Shown: positions 49,394 through 58,052 of the stretch, in pieces
Numbering within the stretch: position 1 is the first letter of the stretch
Layout: every line of letters begins with the position of its first letter
Assembly (NCBI GenBank): GCA_963789835.1
Contig: CAWBMF010000004.1
Location: 128,319 to 192,318, forward strand
Reading direction: 5' to 3'
Length of the DNA: 64,000 bases
Source: an uncultured delta proteobacterium
Lineage (GTDB): Bacteria; Desulfobacterota; Binatia; Binatales; Binataceae
Notes under the pieces: model-generated
Database searches by the model: none
Told to the model about the DNA's origin: nothing
What the model saw: the letters and a program-made list of their open reading frames with translations, nothing else
Position numbers and translations under genes: made by a program

Positions 49394-51410
49394 CTATTGC
49401 GCGAGGCAATAAACCGACAACGGCTCGAGGCAGGAGGTGCTCATGCCTGAATTCCACCAGACGTCCGTGACGTTGCTGATTCCTTCGGACCCGGTATCCG
49501 CGCCATTCGTCGTCATCCAATCCTGGCAAGTGGCAGGCAGCGCTCCAGTGTCGTTTGGGGCTGCGGATCCCGTCCACGTCGCTGCCGCAAACTCGGTTAC
49601 GTAGCTGCCATCGGCGTGCTGCCAGATGCCGCTGTCGAGAGTGGAGCCCGCCGCGATCGTCGGAGCGTCGGCGATCTCGATGCCGTCGGGGCGCACGTAC
49701 GGCGCCGACGTCGCGGACATATCGAAACGCGATGCAGCCGGCGCCGTCGAGGTCGAGAGCAGCGCGAGGAATGTCGTGGGATTCGCGAGGCCTGCCGCGC
49801 TCGCCTCGTTCTGGCAGAGAGTATCGGCGCCCGCTACGCCCTCGCTGGTGGCGAAGGATCCCTTCGAAACGAATGCGATGCGCCCCGCAGCAGGCGTCAC
49901 GGTCAGCGCGCTCACCCGGCTGGTGCCGAAGCAATAGAGGTGCGCGAGTGCGTTGCAACTGGTTTCGCTGGCGTCGTCGCTCCATGCGCCCGCGCCGCCC
50001 GTGCGTCTCACCAAGCTCGCCGAACGACTCGCCCGTGCCGACCAGCCAGTCGCCGCAAGCAAACGCGCTGGCGATGCCGGCGTCGGTGGTGCCGGTCCAT
50101 ACAATCTGATGCGCGAGGTTGTTGCCGCTCTCGTCGAGGATGAGAGGGTTCAGGATGTTGCCCGCGGCGATATCTGAAACCTGGTCGGCGAAGGGTTGTC
50201 CGTCGGGGCGGACGAAGCCTCGCGCGGTTCCGAGTTTGGCGGCTGCGTTGAGAGTCGAAGTCGAGAGCCATGCCTTGTAGGTCGCGCTCGGGAGACTTGC
50301 GGCTGCGGCGAGGCTTGCGCATTCGGCGTCAGCGCCGGCTTGTCCTCCCAAGTCGCCGTTGGAGGTGGTTGAAGTCACGAAGGCGACGTTGAAAACCGCG
50401 GTCGAGGTCGCGGTCGGAGTCGGCGTGACCGTCGAAGTCGCAGTCGGAGTTGGCGTGACGGTCAAAGTCGCAGTCGGAGTCGGACTGGCGGTCAATGTCG
50501 TAGTCGGAGTCGAGGTCGCGGTGGCGGACGCCGTCGCGGAGGCAGTCGGCGTCAGCGTGGGCGTTGCGGTTGCAGATGCAGCGACCGTCGAGGTCAGAGT
50601 TGCAGTCGGAGTGATCGTCGCGGAGCCAGTAGCGGATGCGGTCGCCGATGCGGTCGGAGTCGTGGTCGCGGTTTGCGTTCTGGTTGGAGTTGGACTTCCT
50701 TTTGCGGTCTGAGTCGAACTGGCAGTGGAGGTTGCAGTGTGCGATGCGGTCGTCGTCGCGCTCGAGGTTGAGGTGGAGGTTGCCGTATGCGATGCGGTCA
50801 TCGTAGCCGTCGCGCTCAAAGTTGAGGTGGTAGTTGCAGTAGAGGTTGCGGTTGAGGTGGCAATCGAGGCTGTCGCGGTCGAGGTTGAGGTCGAGCCGCC
50901 AGTCGAGGTCGCGGTCGCAGTCGGGCTTGAGGTAGGCGTGGCCGATGCGATGGTGGTGGGCGTTTGCATCGGCGTCGCGGTCGGCGACGGCCCTGTCGCG
51001 CCGACTCCGATGAGCTTCACTTTTTGCGGACTCTTCGCTGCGGCGTCGCTAAACTTCAGCAGGCCGTTTTTGAACTTGCCAATCTTCGGCGGCGTGAAGG
51101 TTACGCCGACGGGGCAGCTGGCAGCCGGTAGAATTGCGCCGGTGCATCCGTTCGAATCAAGGCTGAAGCCCGTGCCGGATACGATCACGGCCGGCGCCGA
51201 CATTTCGACCTTGCTCTTGTTGGTGAGCGTGACAATTTGTGGACTGCTGCGCGTTCCGGCCGCGACTTTGCCGAAATTGATCTTCTTGATTGATAGCGCA
51301 ACCGCGAGCTTGCTTTTGGCGGCGGGAGACTGCGCCACGAGGCCGCCGGGCGCCGCGAGGTCGGCGCAGATCGCGATCGCCACGGCGATCGCTTGGCGCG
51401 AGAACATCAC
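49394..51410 (-). CDS. secreted protein: choice-of-anchor-D-like N-domain, ~230-aa Thr/Ala/Ser/Pro low-complexity linker, two tandem DUF1554-like domains; one apparent frameshift between the DUF1554 copies
   Basis: N-terminal ORF 49374..51410 carries the signal peptide, the INFGKVAAG..VTLTN..C..C..VKLIGVG domain, the linker and DUF1554 copy 1 (..FVTSTTSNGDLGGQAGADAECASLA..). Copy 2 (..AFVSKGSFATSEGVAGADTLCQNEA..) continues in ORF 49394..50104. The shift is near 50050-50110. Confidence 0.65.
50380..50960. repeat. in-frame tandem nucleotide repeats (~36-bp units) encoding TPTPTATSTV-type linker
   Basis: Repeated GTCGAAGTCGCAGTCGGAGTCGGCGTGACC units on the + strand. These are coding low-complexity sequence, not CRISPR. 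Confidence 0.7.
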
Positions 51411-51526
51411 TAGGCGACGTATATATCAATACGTCGCTGTTGCACATCTCACGTTGGTTCTCCAGGGCACCCTATCTCGCGCCGACCCATCATGCGCCGG
51501 TACTATAGCCACGGCCTGATGTCCCG

Positions 51527-52222
51527 ATGATCCCGCTTCGCGATAACGCCGCGCCGCGCCGCCTGACGCCTGTCAACATTGCGTTGATCGCGGTGAACGT
51601 CGCGGTGTTCGTGTACGAACTCTCGCTAGGCCCGCGCGTCGCATCGGTCGTCGATAAATTCGCGCTGGTGCCGGCGGCGGTGACGCGCGCGATGTCGAGC
51701 GGCGCGCATCGCAGTCTCCACCCGCTCGAGCCGCTGATGACGATCGTCACGTCGATGTTCATCCACGGCGGCATTTTGCACATCGCGGGCAACATGCTTT
51801 ACCTCTTCATCTTCGGCGCGGCGGTCGAGTATCGGATGGGCGCGGCGCGGTACCTGATTTTTTATCTCGCTGCGGGAATCGCCGCGGCGCTCGCGACGGT
51901 GTGGATCGCGCCTGAGTCAAACGTGCCGGTAATCGGCGCGAGCGGCGCGATTGCCGGAGTGCTCGGCGCGTATTTCATCCTGTATCCGCGCGGGCGCATC
52001 CTGACGATCCTGCCGATTTTCATTTTCATTCAGTTCATCGAGATTCCGGCGGTCATCTACCTGCTGTTCTGGTTCGCGATTCAGCTTTACGCGGGACTGG
52101 AAGAGGGCGGGAGCGCGGGCGCGATGGGCGGAGTCGCGTGGTGGGCGCATGTGGGCGGCTTCATGTTCGGCGTCGCGCTCGGCCCGATGCTCGCGAAGAA
52201 TCGTCCGCGGCGGCGTCGATAG
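51527..52222 (+). CDS. rhomboid family intramembrane serine protease
   Basis: 6-TM core with GASGAIAGVLGAY (catalytic Ser) and ..WAHVGGFMFG.. (catalytic His). Confidence 0.85.
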   Translation: MIPLRDNAAPRRLTPVNIALIAVNVAVFVYELSLGPRVASVVDKFALVPAAVTRAMSSGAHRSLHPLEPLMTIVTSMFIHGGILHIAGNMLYLFIFGAAVEYRMGAARYLIFYLAAGIAAALATVWIAPESNVPVIGASGAIAGVLGAYFILYPRGRILTILPIFIFIQFIEIPAVIYLLFWFAIQLYAGLEEGGSAGAMGGVAWWAHVGGFMFGVALGPMLAKNRPRRRR

Positions 52223-52365
52223 CTGCGGGATTTTTCATCAAATGTGGACACAGTGGACAACCGTTGACCTGCGGCGGGTGTAGTAGTTGTAAGCGTTGAA
52301 GCTATGGGAAATAATTTGCGCTCCTGGAAATCTGATCGCGCGGTGGTTGGGGAGGTAGTGGGCAG

Positions 52366-53748
52366 GTGGCGGTATCGTCGGACGATATTCTAAAGCGCGT
52401 TCCTCCGCAAAATCTCGAAGCAGAACAGTCCGTGCTGGGCGCGATTCTGCTCGACAACGACGCGATCAATCACGCGCTCGAAATCCTGTCGGCGGAAGAT
52501 TTCTACCGCGAGTCGCATCGCCAGATCTTCCGCTCGATGGCGGAGCTTACCGACCACAGCCAGCCGGTCGACGCGATCACGCTGACCGACGCGCTGCGCA
52601 CCAGCGGCGTGCTCGAGCAGATCGGCGGCCCGGCGTACATCGCGGAGCTGGCGTCTATTGTGCCGACGGCCGCGAACGTCGCGCACTACGCGCGAATCGT
52701 GCACGACAAGGCCGTGCTGCGGAGCCTCGGATCGATCGCGACTGATATCGCGAGCTCGTCGTACGAGGCGCCGGCTGACGTCGACGGCTTCCTGGACGAA
52801 GCCGAGCATCGAATTTTCGAAATTTCTGAAAAGCGGATTAAACCGTCGTTCCACACGATGCCGGAGCTGACGCGCGAGTCGCTCAAGATCCTCGAGCGGC
52901 TGTACGAAAACCGCGAGATGATCACCGGTGTGCCGAGCGGGTTCATCGATCTCGATCGAATTACGGCGGGCTTTCAGCCGTCGGACCTCGTGATCATCGC
53001 GGCGCGTCCCAGCATGGGCAAAACTGCGCTCGCGCTGAATATCGCGGCGTACGCGGCGATGGACGCGGACCCTCCCGTGGGCGTCGCGTTCTTTTCGCTG
53101 GAAATGTCGAAGGAGCAGCTGGTGCTGCGCATGCTGTGTTCGGAGGCGCGGGTGGACAGCGCGCGGGCGCGGCAGGGATTTCTGGGCGAGCGCGATTTCC
53201 CCAAGCTTGCGCAGGCGGCGGCGCGGCTGTCGGAGTCGAACATCTATATTGATGACTCGTCGGACACGACCTCGATCACGCTCAAGGCCAAATGCCGGCG
53301 GCTCAAGCGCGAGCGCGCGAAGAACCTGGGCTTGATCGTCGTCGACTATCTGCAGCTGATGAGATCGGCGCGGCCCGGCGAATCCCGCGAAAAAGAGATC
53401 GCGGAAATTTCGCGCTCGCTCAAGGCGCTCGCGAAAGAGCTCAAGGTGCCGGTGGTCGCGCTATCGCAGCTCAATCGGCAGGTCGAGTCGCGCGAGAATC
53501 GGCGCCCGATGCTGGCGGACCTGCGCGAGTCGGGCGCTATCGAGCAGGACGCCGACGTGATCGCGTTCATCTACCGCGAGGAAATGTACAAGGGCAAAGA
53601 GAGCAAGGAGCCGGGCGTCGCCGAGATCATCGTCGCCAAGCAGCGTAACGGCCCCACCGACACGGCCAAGCTCACGTACATCAACAACTACACGCGCTTC
53701 GAAAACTACACGCCGGAGACCGGCGTGTTCGAGGATGCGGGCAGCTAG
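52366..53748 (+). CDS. dnaB: replicative DNA helicase
   Basis: GTG start. NLEAEQSVLGAILLD N-domain. Walker A ARPSMGKTALALNIA. RecA-like C-domain with the LIVVDYLQLM motif. Confidence 0.95.
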   Translation: MAVSSDDILKRVPPQNLEAEQSVLGAILLDNDAINHALEILSAEDFYRESHRQIFRSMAELTDHSQPVDAITLTDALRTSGVLEQIGGPAYIAELASIVPTAANVAHYARIVHDKAVLRSLGSIATDIASSSYEAPADVDGFLDEAEHRIFEISEKRIKPSFHTMPELTRESLKILERLYENREMITGVPSGFIDLDRITAGFQPSDLVIIAARPSMGKTALALNIAAYAAMDADPPVGVAFFSLEMSKEQLVLRMLCSEARVDSARARQGFLGERDFPKLAQAAARLSESNIYIDDSSDTTSITLKAKCRRLKRERAKNLGLIVVDYLQLMRSARPGESREKEIAEISRSLKALAKELKVPVVALSQLNRQVESRENRRPMLADLRESGAIEQDADVIAFIYREEMYKGKESKEPGVAEIIVAKQRNGPTDTAKLTYINNYTRFENYTPETGVFEDAGS

Positions 53749-53757
53749 AGGACAGAT

Positions 53758-54942
53758 TTAGAACGAGTCGAGTTCGTCTTCCATCGGTTCCTGCTTGGTC
53801 ATCGCGTGCGACGATTTCACCGTCAACGCCGGCTTCGGCGCTTTGTCGATTTTGTAGTCGTCGTAGGTGTACTGATCGATCGCGAATGGCAGTCCTTCCG
53901 AGGCCGGGAAGGACGGCGCGTCGCAGACCTGGAAATGCAGATGCGGCTCCGAAGAATTGCCGGTGTTGCCGAGATGCGCGAGCACGTCGCCAGCCTTGAC
54001 GGAGTCGCCCACCTTGACCTTGAGTGAGCCGGGCCGCAGGTGCGCGTAGGCGGCGTAGTGTCCTTCGCTCAGCTCCTCAATTATGTGATTGCCGGCAAGA
54101 GTGTCGTAAGTAATCGGCACGGCGATTTTGCCGCTGTTGGGCACGTTCTCGGGAATGCCGTCCTTGACCTCGACGATCTTTCCGTCGGCGACCGCGTGAA
54201 TCTCCTGATCCCAGGCGTGATAGCTGCTGTTGGAGTGCTCATCGCCGGTGAACGATTTGCCGTCGTCGCCGAGCTGAATCCAGTCGATCGCATAGCGCTG
54301 GCCGATGTGCGGTTGGCCGTTTACCGGCAGCATCGCGCGGCGATGCGCCGACGTGTTGGAGGGGCCATTGGCGGCGAGCCAGTTTTTCCCGCGCAGCGGA
54401 GACTGAATCACGATCGGGTCATCCGAATTTACATCGAGCGCGGCCGCGTGGATTGTTCCGGAGCCGCTGCGTTCGCCGTGCTGTTCGATCGTAATGGCGG
54501 TATCGAAATTGTCCGGATCGTCGTCGCTGGGCAGCCAATCGGCAAAGATGAAGAAGACGCCGGTCTCGCCGGGCTTGAGACTCGGATCGTAGGGCTTGGT
54601 CGCGTCGCCGGCCGTGGCCGGCACGAACATCGCGGCCAGTTGCTTGCCGGTGGCCGACTGCGTGGCGACGAATTTATCGCCGTCCTTCCCGTTCACCTCG
54701 AGCTTGGTGATTTTCAACGGCGTCTTGCCGAAATTCGTCACATATAACTCGTAGGCCGAATGGCGATGACCGGCGCCGTCAAGGATTTGCGCTTCGGGCG
54801 GCCACGGCGTCGCGGTCACGCGCATGTAGAGCGGATCGTTCTCGGGGGCAGTTGCCGGAGGCGGCTTTTGCTGTGCGAGCGACGATCCCGCCAATACAAA
54901 TGAAGTCAGCGCTACGAAAACGAGCAGTCGCGAACGATACAT
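53758..54942 (-). CDS. secreted M23 family metallopeptidase (LytM domain)
   Basis: Signal peptide. C-terminal HxxxD..HLH motifs (..GNSSEPHLHFQV..). Confidence 0.8.
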   Translation of the reverse strand: MYRSRLLVFVALTSFVLAGSSLAQQKPPPATAPENDPLYMRVTATPWPPEAQILDGAGHRHSAYELYVTNFGKTPLKITKLEVNGKDGDKFVATQSATGKQLAAMFVPATAGDATKPYDPSLKPGETGVFFIFADWLPSDDDPDNFDTAITIEQHGERSGSGTIHAAALDVNSDDPIVIQSPLRGKNWLAANGPSNTSAHRRAMLPVNGQPHIGQRYAIDWIQLGDDGKSFTGDEHSNSSYHAWDQEIHAVADGKIVEVKDGIPENVPNSGKIAVPITYDTLAGNHIIEELSEGHYAAYAHLRPGSLKVKVGDSVKAGDVLAHLGNTGNSSEPHLHFQVCDAPSFPASEGLPFAIDQYTYDDYKIDKAPKPALTVKSSHAMTKQEPMEDELDSF

Positions 54943-54969
54943 CGTGTGATCTCCTGCAAACCGGGGCTG

Positions 54970-55656
54970 TCAGTGCGAGGTCTTGTCGTCGTCGGATGGT
55001 TCTTCGACGGATGATTCTTCTGGCGCGTCCGACGGGACAGCGTCGGACGAGGACTCCGGCTCAGCGGCGGCGGAATCTTCGGGATGGGTTTCGATTCCTT
55101 CGACCGGGCCGGTGTTCGCCTGCTCGACGGCGCGCTCTATTTCGCGGAACTCCGACAAGTCGGGCAGGCCTTCGAGGTCCTTGAGGCCGAACAGCTCGAG
55201 GAACTCGGCGGTAGTTTCGTAGATAATCGGGCGCCCCGGCGCTTCCTTGCGACCGGCAATCTTGACGAGCCGTTTTTCGAGCAGCGTTTCGAGCACGCCG
55301 CCCGTGTCGACGCCGCGCAGCTGTTCTATCTCGGGGCGCGTGATCGGCTGTCGATACGCGATTATCGCGACGGTCTCCATCAGCGGGCGGCTGAGACGCG
55401 GCGGCCGGGCGGCGAGCAGCTTGCGAACGTAGCCGGCGTGGTCCTTGGGCGTGCGCATCTGGTAGCCGCCGGCAACTTCGTCGATGACGATGCCGCGATT
55501 TTCGAGGGCATACGTCGACGCCATCTCGGCGAGCGCTTTCTGCACGGTCGCGCGCGGAACGTCGTCGAACACCGCCGCGAGCCGCGCCACCGAGACCGGC
55601 TCGCCGGCCGCGAACAGCAGGCTCGCGAGAATTGATTTCAACCGCTCTTCTTCCAC
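54970..55656 (-). CDS. scpB: segregation and condensation protein B
   Basis: Two winged-helix repeats (..ILASLLFAAGEPVSVARLAAVF..; ..METVAIIAYRQPITRPEIEQLRGV..). Acidic C-terminal tail. Confidence 0.9.
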   Translation of the reverse strand: MEEERLKSILASLLFAAGEPVSVARLAAVFDDVPRATVQKALAEMASTYALENRGIVIDEVAGGYQMRTPKDHAGYVRKLLAARPPRLSRPLMETVAIIAYRQPITRPEIEQLRGVDTGGVLETLLEKRLVKIAGRKEAPGRPIIYETTAEFLELFGLKDLEGLPDLSEFREIERAVEQANTGPVEGIETHPEDSAAAEPESSSDAVPSDAPEESSVEEPSDDDKTSH

Positions 55657-55667
55657 TCAGTCTCCGT

Positions 55668-56429
55668 TCATACCGTGAGGTTGGCTCCGCGCTCGAGCAG
55701 AATCGGGCCGAAGCGAACTTCCTGAAAGGCGCGAACGTCGCGCCGGCGTATCAGTTCGAGCAAGGCCATGAAGGTTGCGATTACCAGCGAGCGATCGTTC
55801 GCATCCTCGAACAGCGCGGCGAACTGGATTCGTCCGGCGCCTTCCAACGCGCGCAAAATCCGCGGGATACATTCCGCCACCGGGATGTCGCGCAGCTCGA
55901 TTTTGCGCGGCGTCTTGTCGGCCACGCGCTTGAGCACGGCGCCAATCGCCTCGACCAAATCGAAAATCGAGACCGTGTACGGCATGGCGTTCGCGTCTTC
56001 GGGCGCAGCTTCGCCGGGCGTGGTGAACACGTCGCGTCCGAGCAGCGCGCGCTCGGACAGTTTTTCGGCCGCCTCGCGATAGCGCTGATATTCGAGCAGG
56101 CGCTCGACCAGGTCGCGCTTGAGCTCCTCGGCTTCCTCGGTGTCGGCGAGCTCCGGATGCGGCAGCATGGCGAACGACTTGATCAACAACAGCGTCGCCG
56201 CCATCACCAGGTACTCGCCCGCGACGTCGAGGTTCAACTGGTCGAGCAATTCGAGCCACGCGAGGTACTGCTCGGTGATAACGCTGGCCGTTACTTCGTG
56301 CGGGTCGAGCTCGGCGCGCTTGAGCAGGTGCAGCAGCAGGTCGAGCGGGCCCTCGTAAATCGGAAGGCGGAAGCGGACGCCGGCGTCGGCAGCGAGTTGG
56401 GGCGCAGCGGGTTCGTTTTCGTTGCTCAC
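55668..56429 (-). CDS. scpA: segregation and condensation protein A
   Basis: GTG start overlapping the upstream stop (GTGA). ..LPIYEGPLDLLLHLLKRAELD.. canonical ScpA N-terminus. Confidence 0.85.
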   Translation of the reverse strand: MSNENEPAAPQLAADAGVRFRLPIYEGPLDLLLHLLKRAELDPHEVTASVITEQYLAWLELLDQLNLDVAGEYLVMAATLLLIKSFAMLPHPELADTEEAEELKRDLVERLLEYQRYREAAEKLSERALLGRDVFTTPGEAAPEDANAMPYTVSIFDLVEAIGAVLKRVADKTPRKIELRDIPVAECIPRILRALEGAGRIQFAALFEDANDRSLVIATFMALLELIRRRDVRAFQEVRFGPILLERGANLTV

Positions 56430-57088
56430 AGTTGCACCATCCAGGAAATCGCGCCCAACGCCATGTTCATGACGGGAATAATGGCGACATCCAGCCAATG
56501 CGTATACAGCAGCAGCATCAGTATAAGGAAGCCGTAGCGCTCGGTCTGCGCATAGGCGCGCGCGACCCGCACCGGCAGGACGCTGAACAGCACGCGGCCG
56601 CCGTCGAGCGGCAACACCGGAAACAGATTGAAGACTCCCAGCTCGACGTTGACGATGACCGACGCCTGGAGCATCCGCGCAATCGGCAGAGCGACGGTGG
56701 GGCCGAACGAGCCCTGCAAAAAAATCGGCGCAGCGCGCAGCAGCAGTCCGCTCACAAGAGCCAGCACGAAGTTCGTCAGCGGGCCGGCGGCCGCGACCTT
56801 CAGCATCCCGCTGCGGCCGCCGCGCAACACGCGAAAATCAACGGGCACCGGCTTCGCGTAGCCGAGCACCGGCAGGCCAAACAGATAGAGCCCGAACGGC
56901 AGGATGATCGTGCCGAAGAGATCGATGTGCGAAATCGGATTCAGCGTGAGGCGGCCGGCTCGAAGGGCGGTGTCGTCGCCGAGGCGCAGCGCAACTACGC
57001 CGTGCATAACCTCGTGCGCGATGATCGCGAACATAATAGGCGGCGCGACGATACACAGAGTCGCGATGGTTCCGTTCAGATCGCCCAA
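56426..57088 (-). CDS. site-2 protease family (peptidase M50) membrane metalloprotease
   Basis: HEVMH zinc motif in the first transmembrane helix. LDGG motif downstream. Confidence 0.8.
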   Translation of the reverse strand: MGDLNGTIATLCIVAPPIMFAIIAHEVMHGVVALRLGDDTALRAGRLTLNPISHIDLFGTIILPFGLYLFGLPVLGYAKPVPVDFRVLRGGRSGMLKVAAAGPLTNFVLALVSGLLLRAAPIFLQGSFGPTVALPIARMLQASVIVNVELGVFNLFPVLPLDGGRVLFSVLPVRVARAYAQTERYGFLILMLLLYTHWLDVAIIPVMNMALGAISWMVQL

Positions 57089-57089
57089 G

Positions 57090-58052
57090 TCAGTCGGTAC
57101 CTTCCTCGACGCTCGCGCGGGTCGCGCGCGGATGAAACGTGCGATGGACCTTGCGCAGGTGGCTCTTCGAGAGATGCGTGTAAATCTGCGTGGTCGAGAT
57201 GTCGCTGTGACCGAGCATCTCCTGCACGGCGCGCAAATCTGCGCCGCCTTCGAGCAGATGGGTGGCGAAGCAATGGCGCAAGGTGTGCGGGCTGATCCAC
57301 GCCAGCCGCGGATCGTTGGAGGCCCATCCTTTCAGCGCTTTGAAAAATCCCTGGCGAGTCATCGCGCGGCCCAGCCTCGTGATGAAGACCGCGGAGACGC
57401 GGCGCGGGACTTTCTTCTGGTCGCGCTTGCCGTCGCCGGCCGGATTGAGAATCTCGTCGCGGCGCTCGAGGTAGGCCTTCAACGCGCGAATCGCGGCGCC
57501 GCCCATCGGCACCATCCGCTCCTTGCTGCCCTTGCCAATTACGACGACGACGCCGGCCGCGAGATTAACCTGATGCAGTTGCAATCCGACCAGCTCCGAA
57601 ACGCGCAGACCGCAGCCGTAGGCCATCTCGAGCATCGCACGATCGCGCAATCCGCGCGCGTCATGCGCGTCGATCGCGGCGATTAGATTTTCGATGTCGC
57701 GCGCCGACAGAGTGCGCGGCAGTTTGCGCGGATGCGGCCGCAGCTTCACCGACGGCGCCGGATCGCGCTCGATGATCTTTTCGTCCACCAGCTCGCGCGC
57801 AAGACCGCGCAGGCTCGCGAGATGGCGGCGCTGCGAACTGACAGCGAAGCCCTTGTCCGCCAGCGCTTCGAGGTATGCGGTCAGGGCGCCGGCGTCGAGC
57901 TGCGCGGGCTCGAGTCCGGAATCGCGGCACCACGATTGGAAAAGACCGAGGTCGTGCGCGTACGCCTCCATCGAATGGCGGCTGAGCCCGCGCTCGACCG
58001 CCTGGCGCGAGAGATGCCGATCGATCAGCTCGTCCCAGCCGGCGGCGCTCAC
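57090..58052 (-). CDS. xerD: site-specific tyrosine recombinase XerD
   Basis: Core-binding domain plus catalytic R..HxxR..Y (..HTLRHCFATHLL..; ..TQIYTHL..). Confidence 0.85.
   Translation of the reverse strand: MSAAGWDELIDRHLSRQAVERGLSRHSMEAYAHDLGLFQSWCRDSGLEPAQLDAGALTAYLEALADKGFAVSSQRRHLASLRGLARELVDEKIIERDPAPSVKLRPHPRKLPRTLSARDIENLIAAIDAHDARGLRDRAMLEMAYGCGLRVSELVGLQLHQVNLAAGVVVVIGKGSKERMVPMGGAAIRALKAYLERRDEILNPAGDGKRDQKKVPRRVSAVFITRLGRAMTRQGFFKALKGWASNDPRLAWISPHTLRHCFATHLLEGGADLRAVQEMLGHSDISTTQIYTHLSKSHLRKVHRTFHPRATRASVEEGTD

Noticed and set aside
50359-51519. Regularly spaced repeats that could be mistaken for a CRISPR array, with + strand ORFs made of V/A/E repeats
   Set aside because: The repeats are in-frame codon repeats of a Thr/Pro/Ala linker inside a minus-strand gene. 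There is no repeat-spacer alternation and no cas genes.
57090-58052. xerD considered as the missing integrase for the tRNA-Phe cassettes
   Set aside because: It is 39 kb away in a conserved scpA-scpB-S2P-xerD housekeeping context, and XerD family recombinases act at dif rather than at tRNA att sites.
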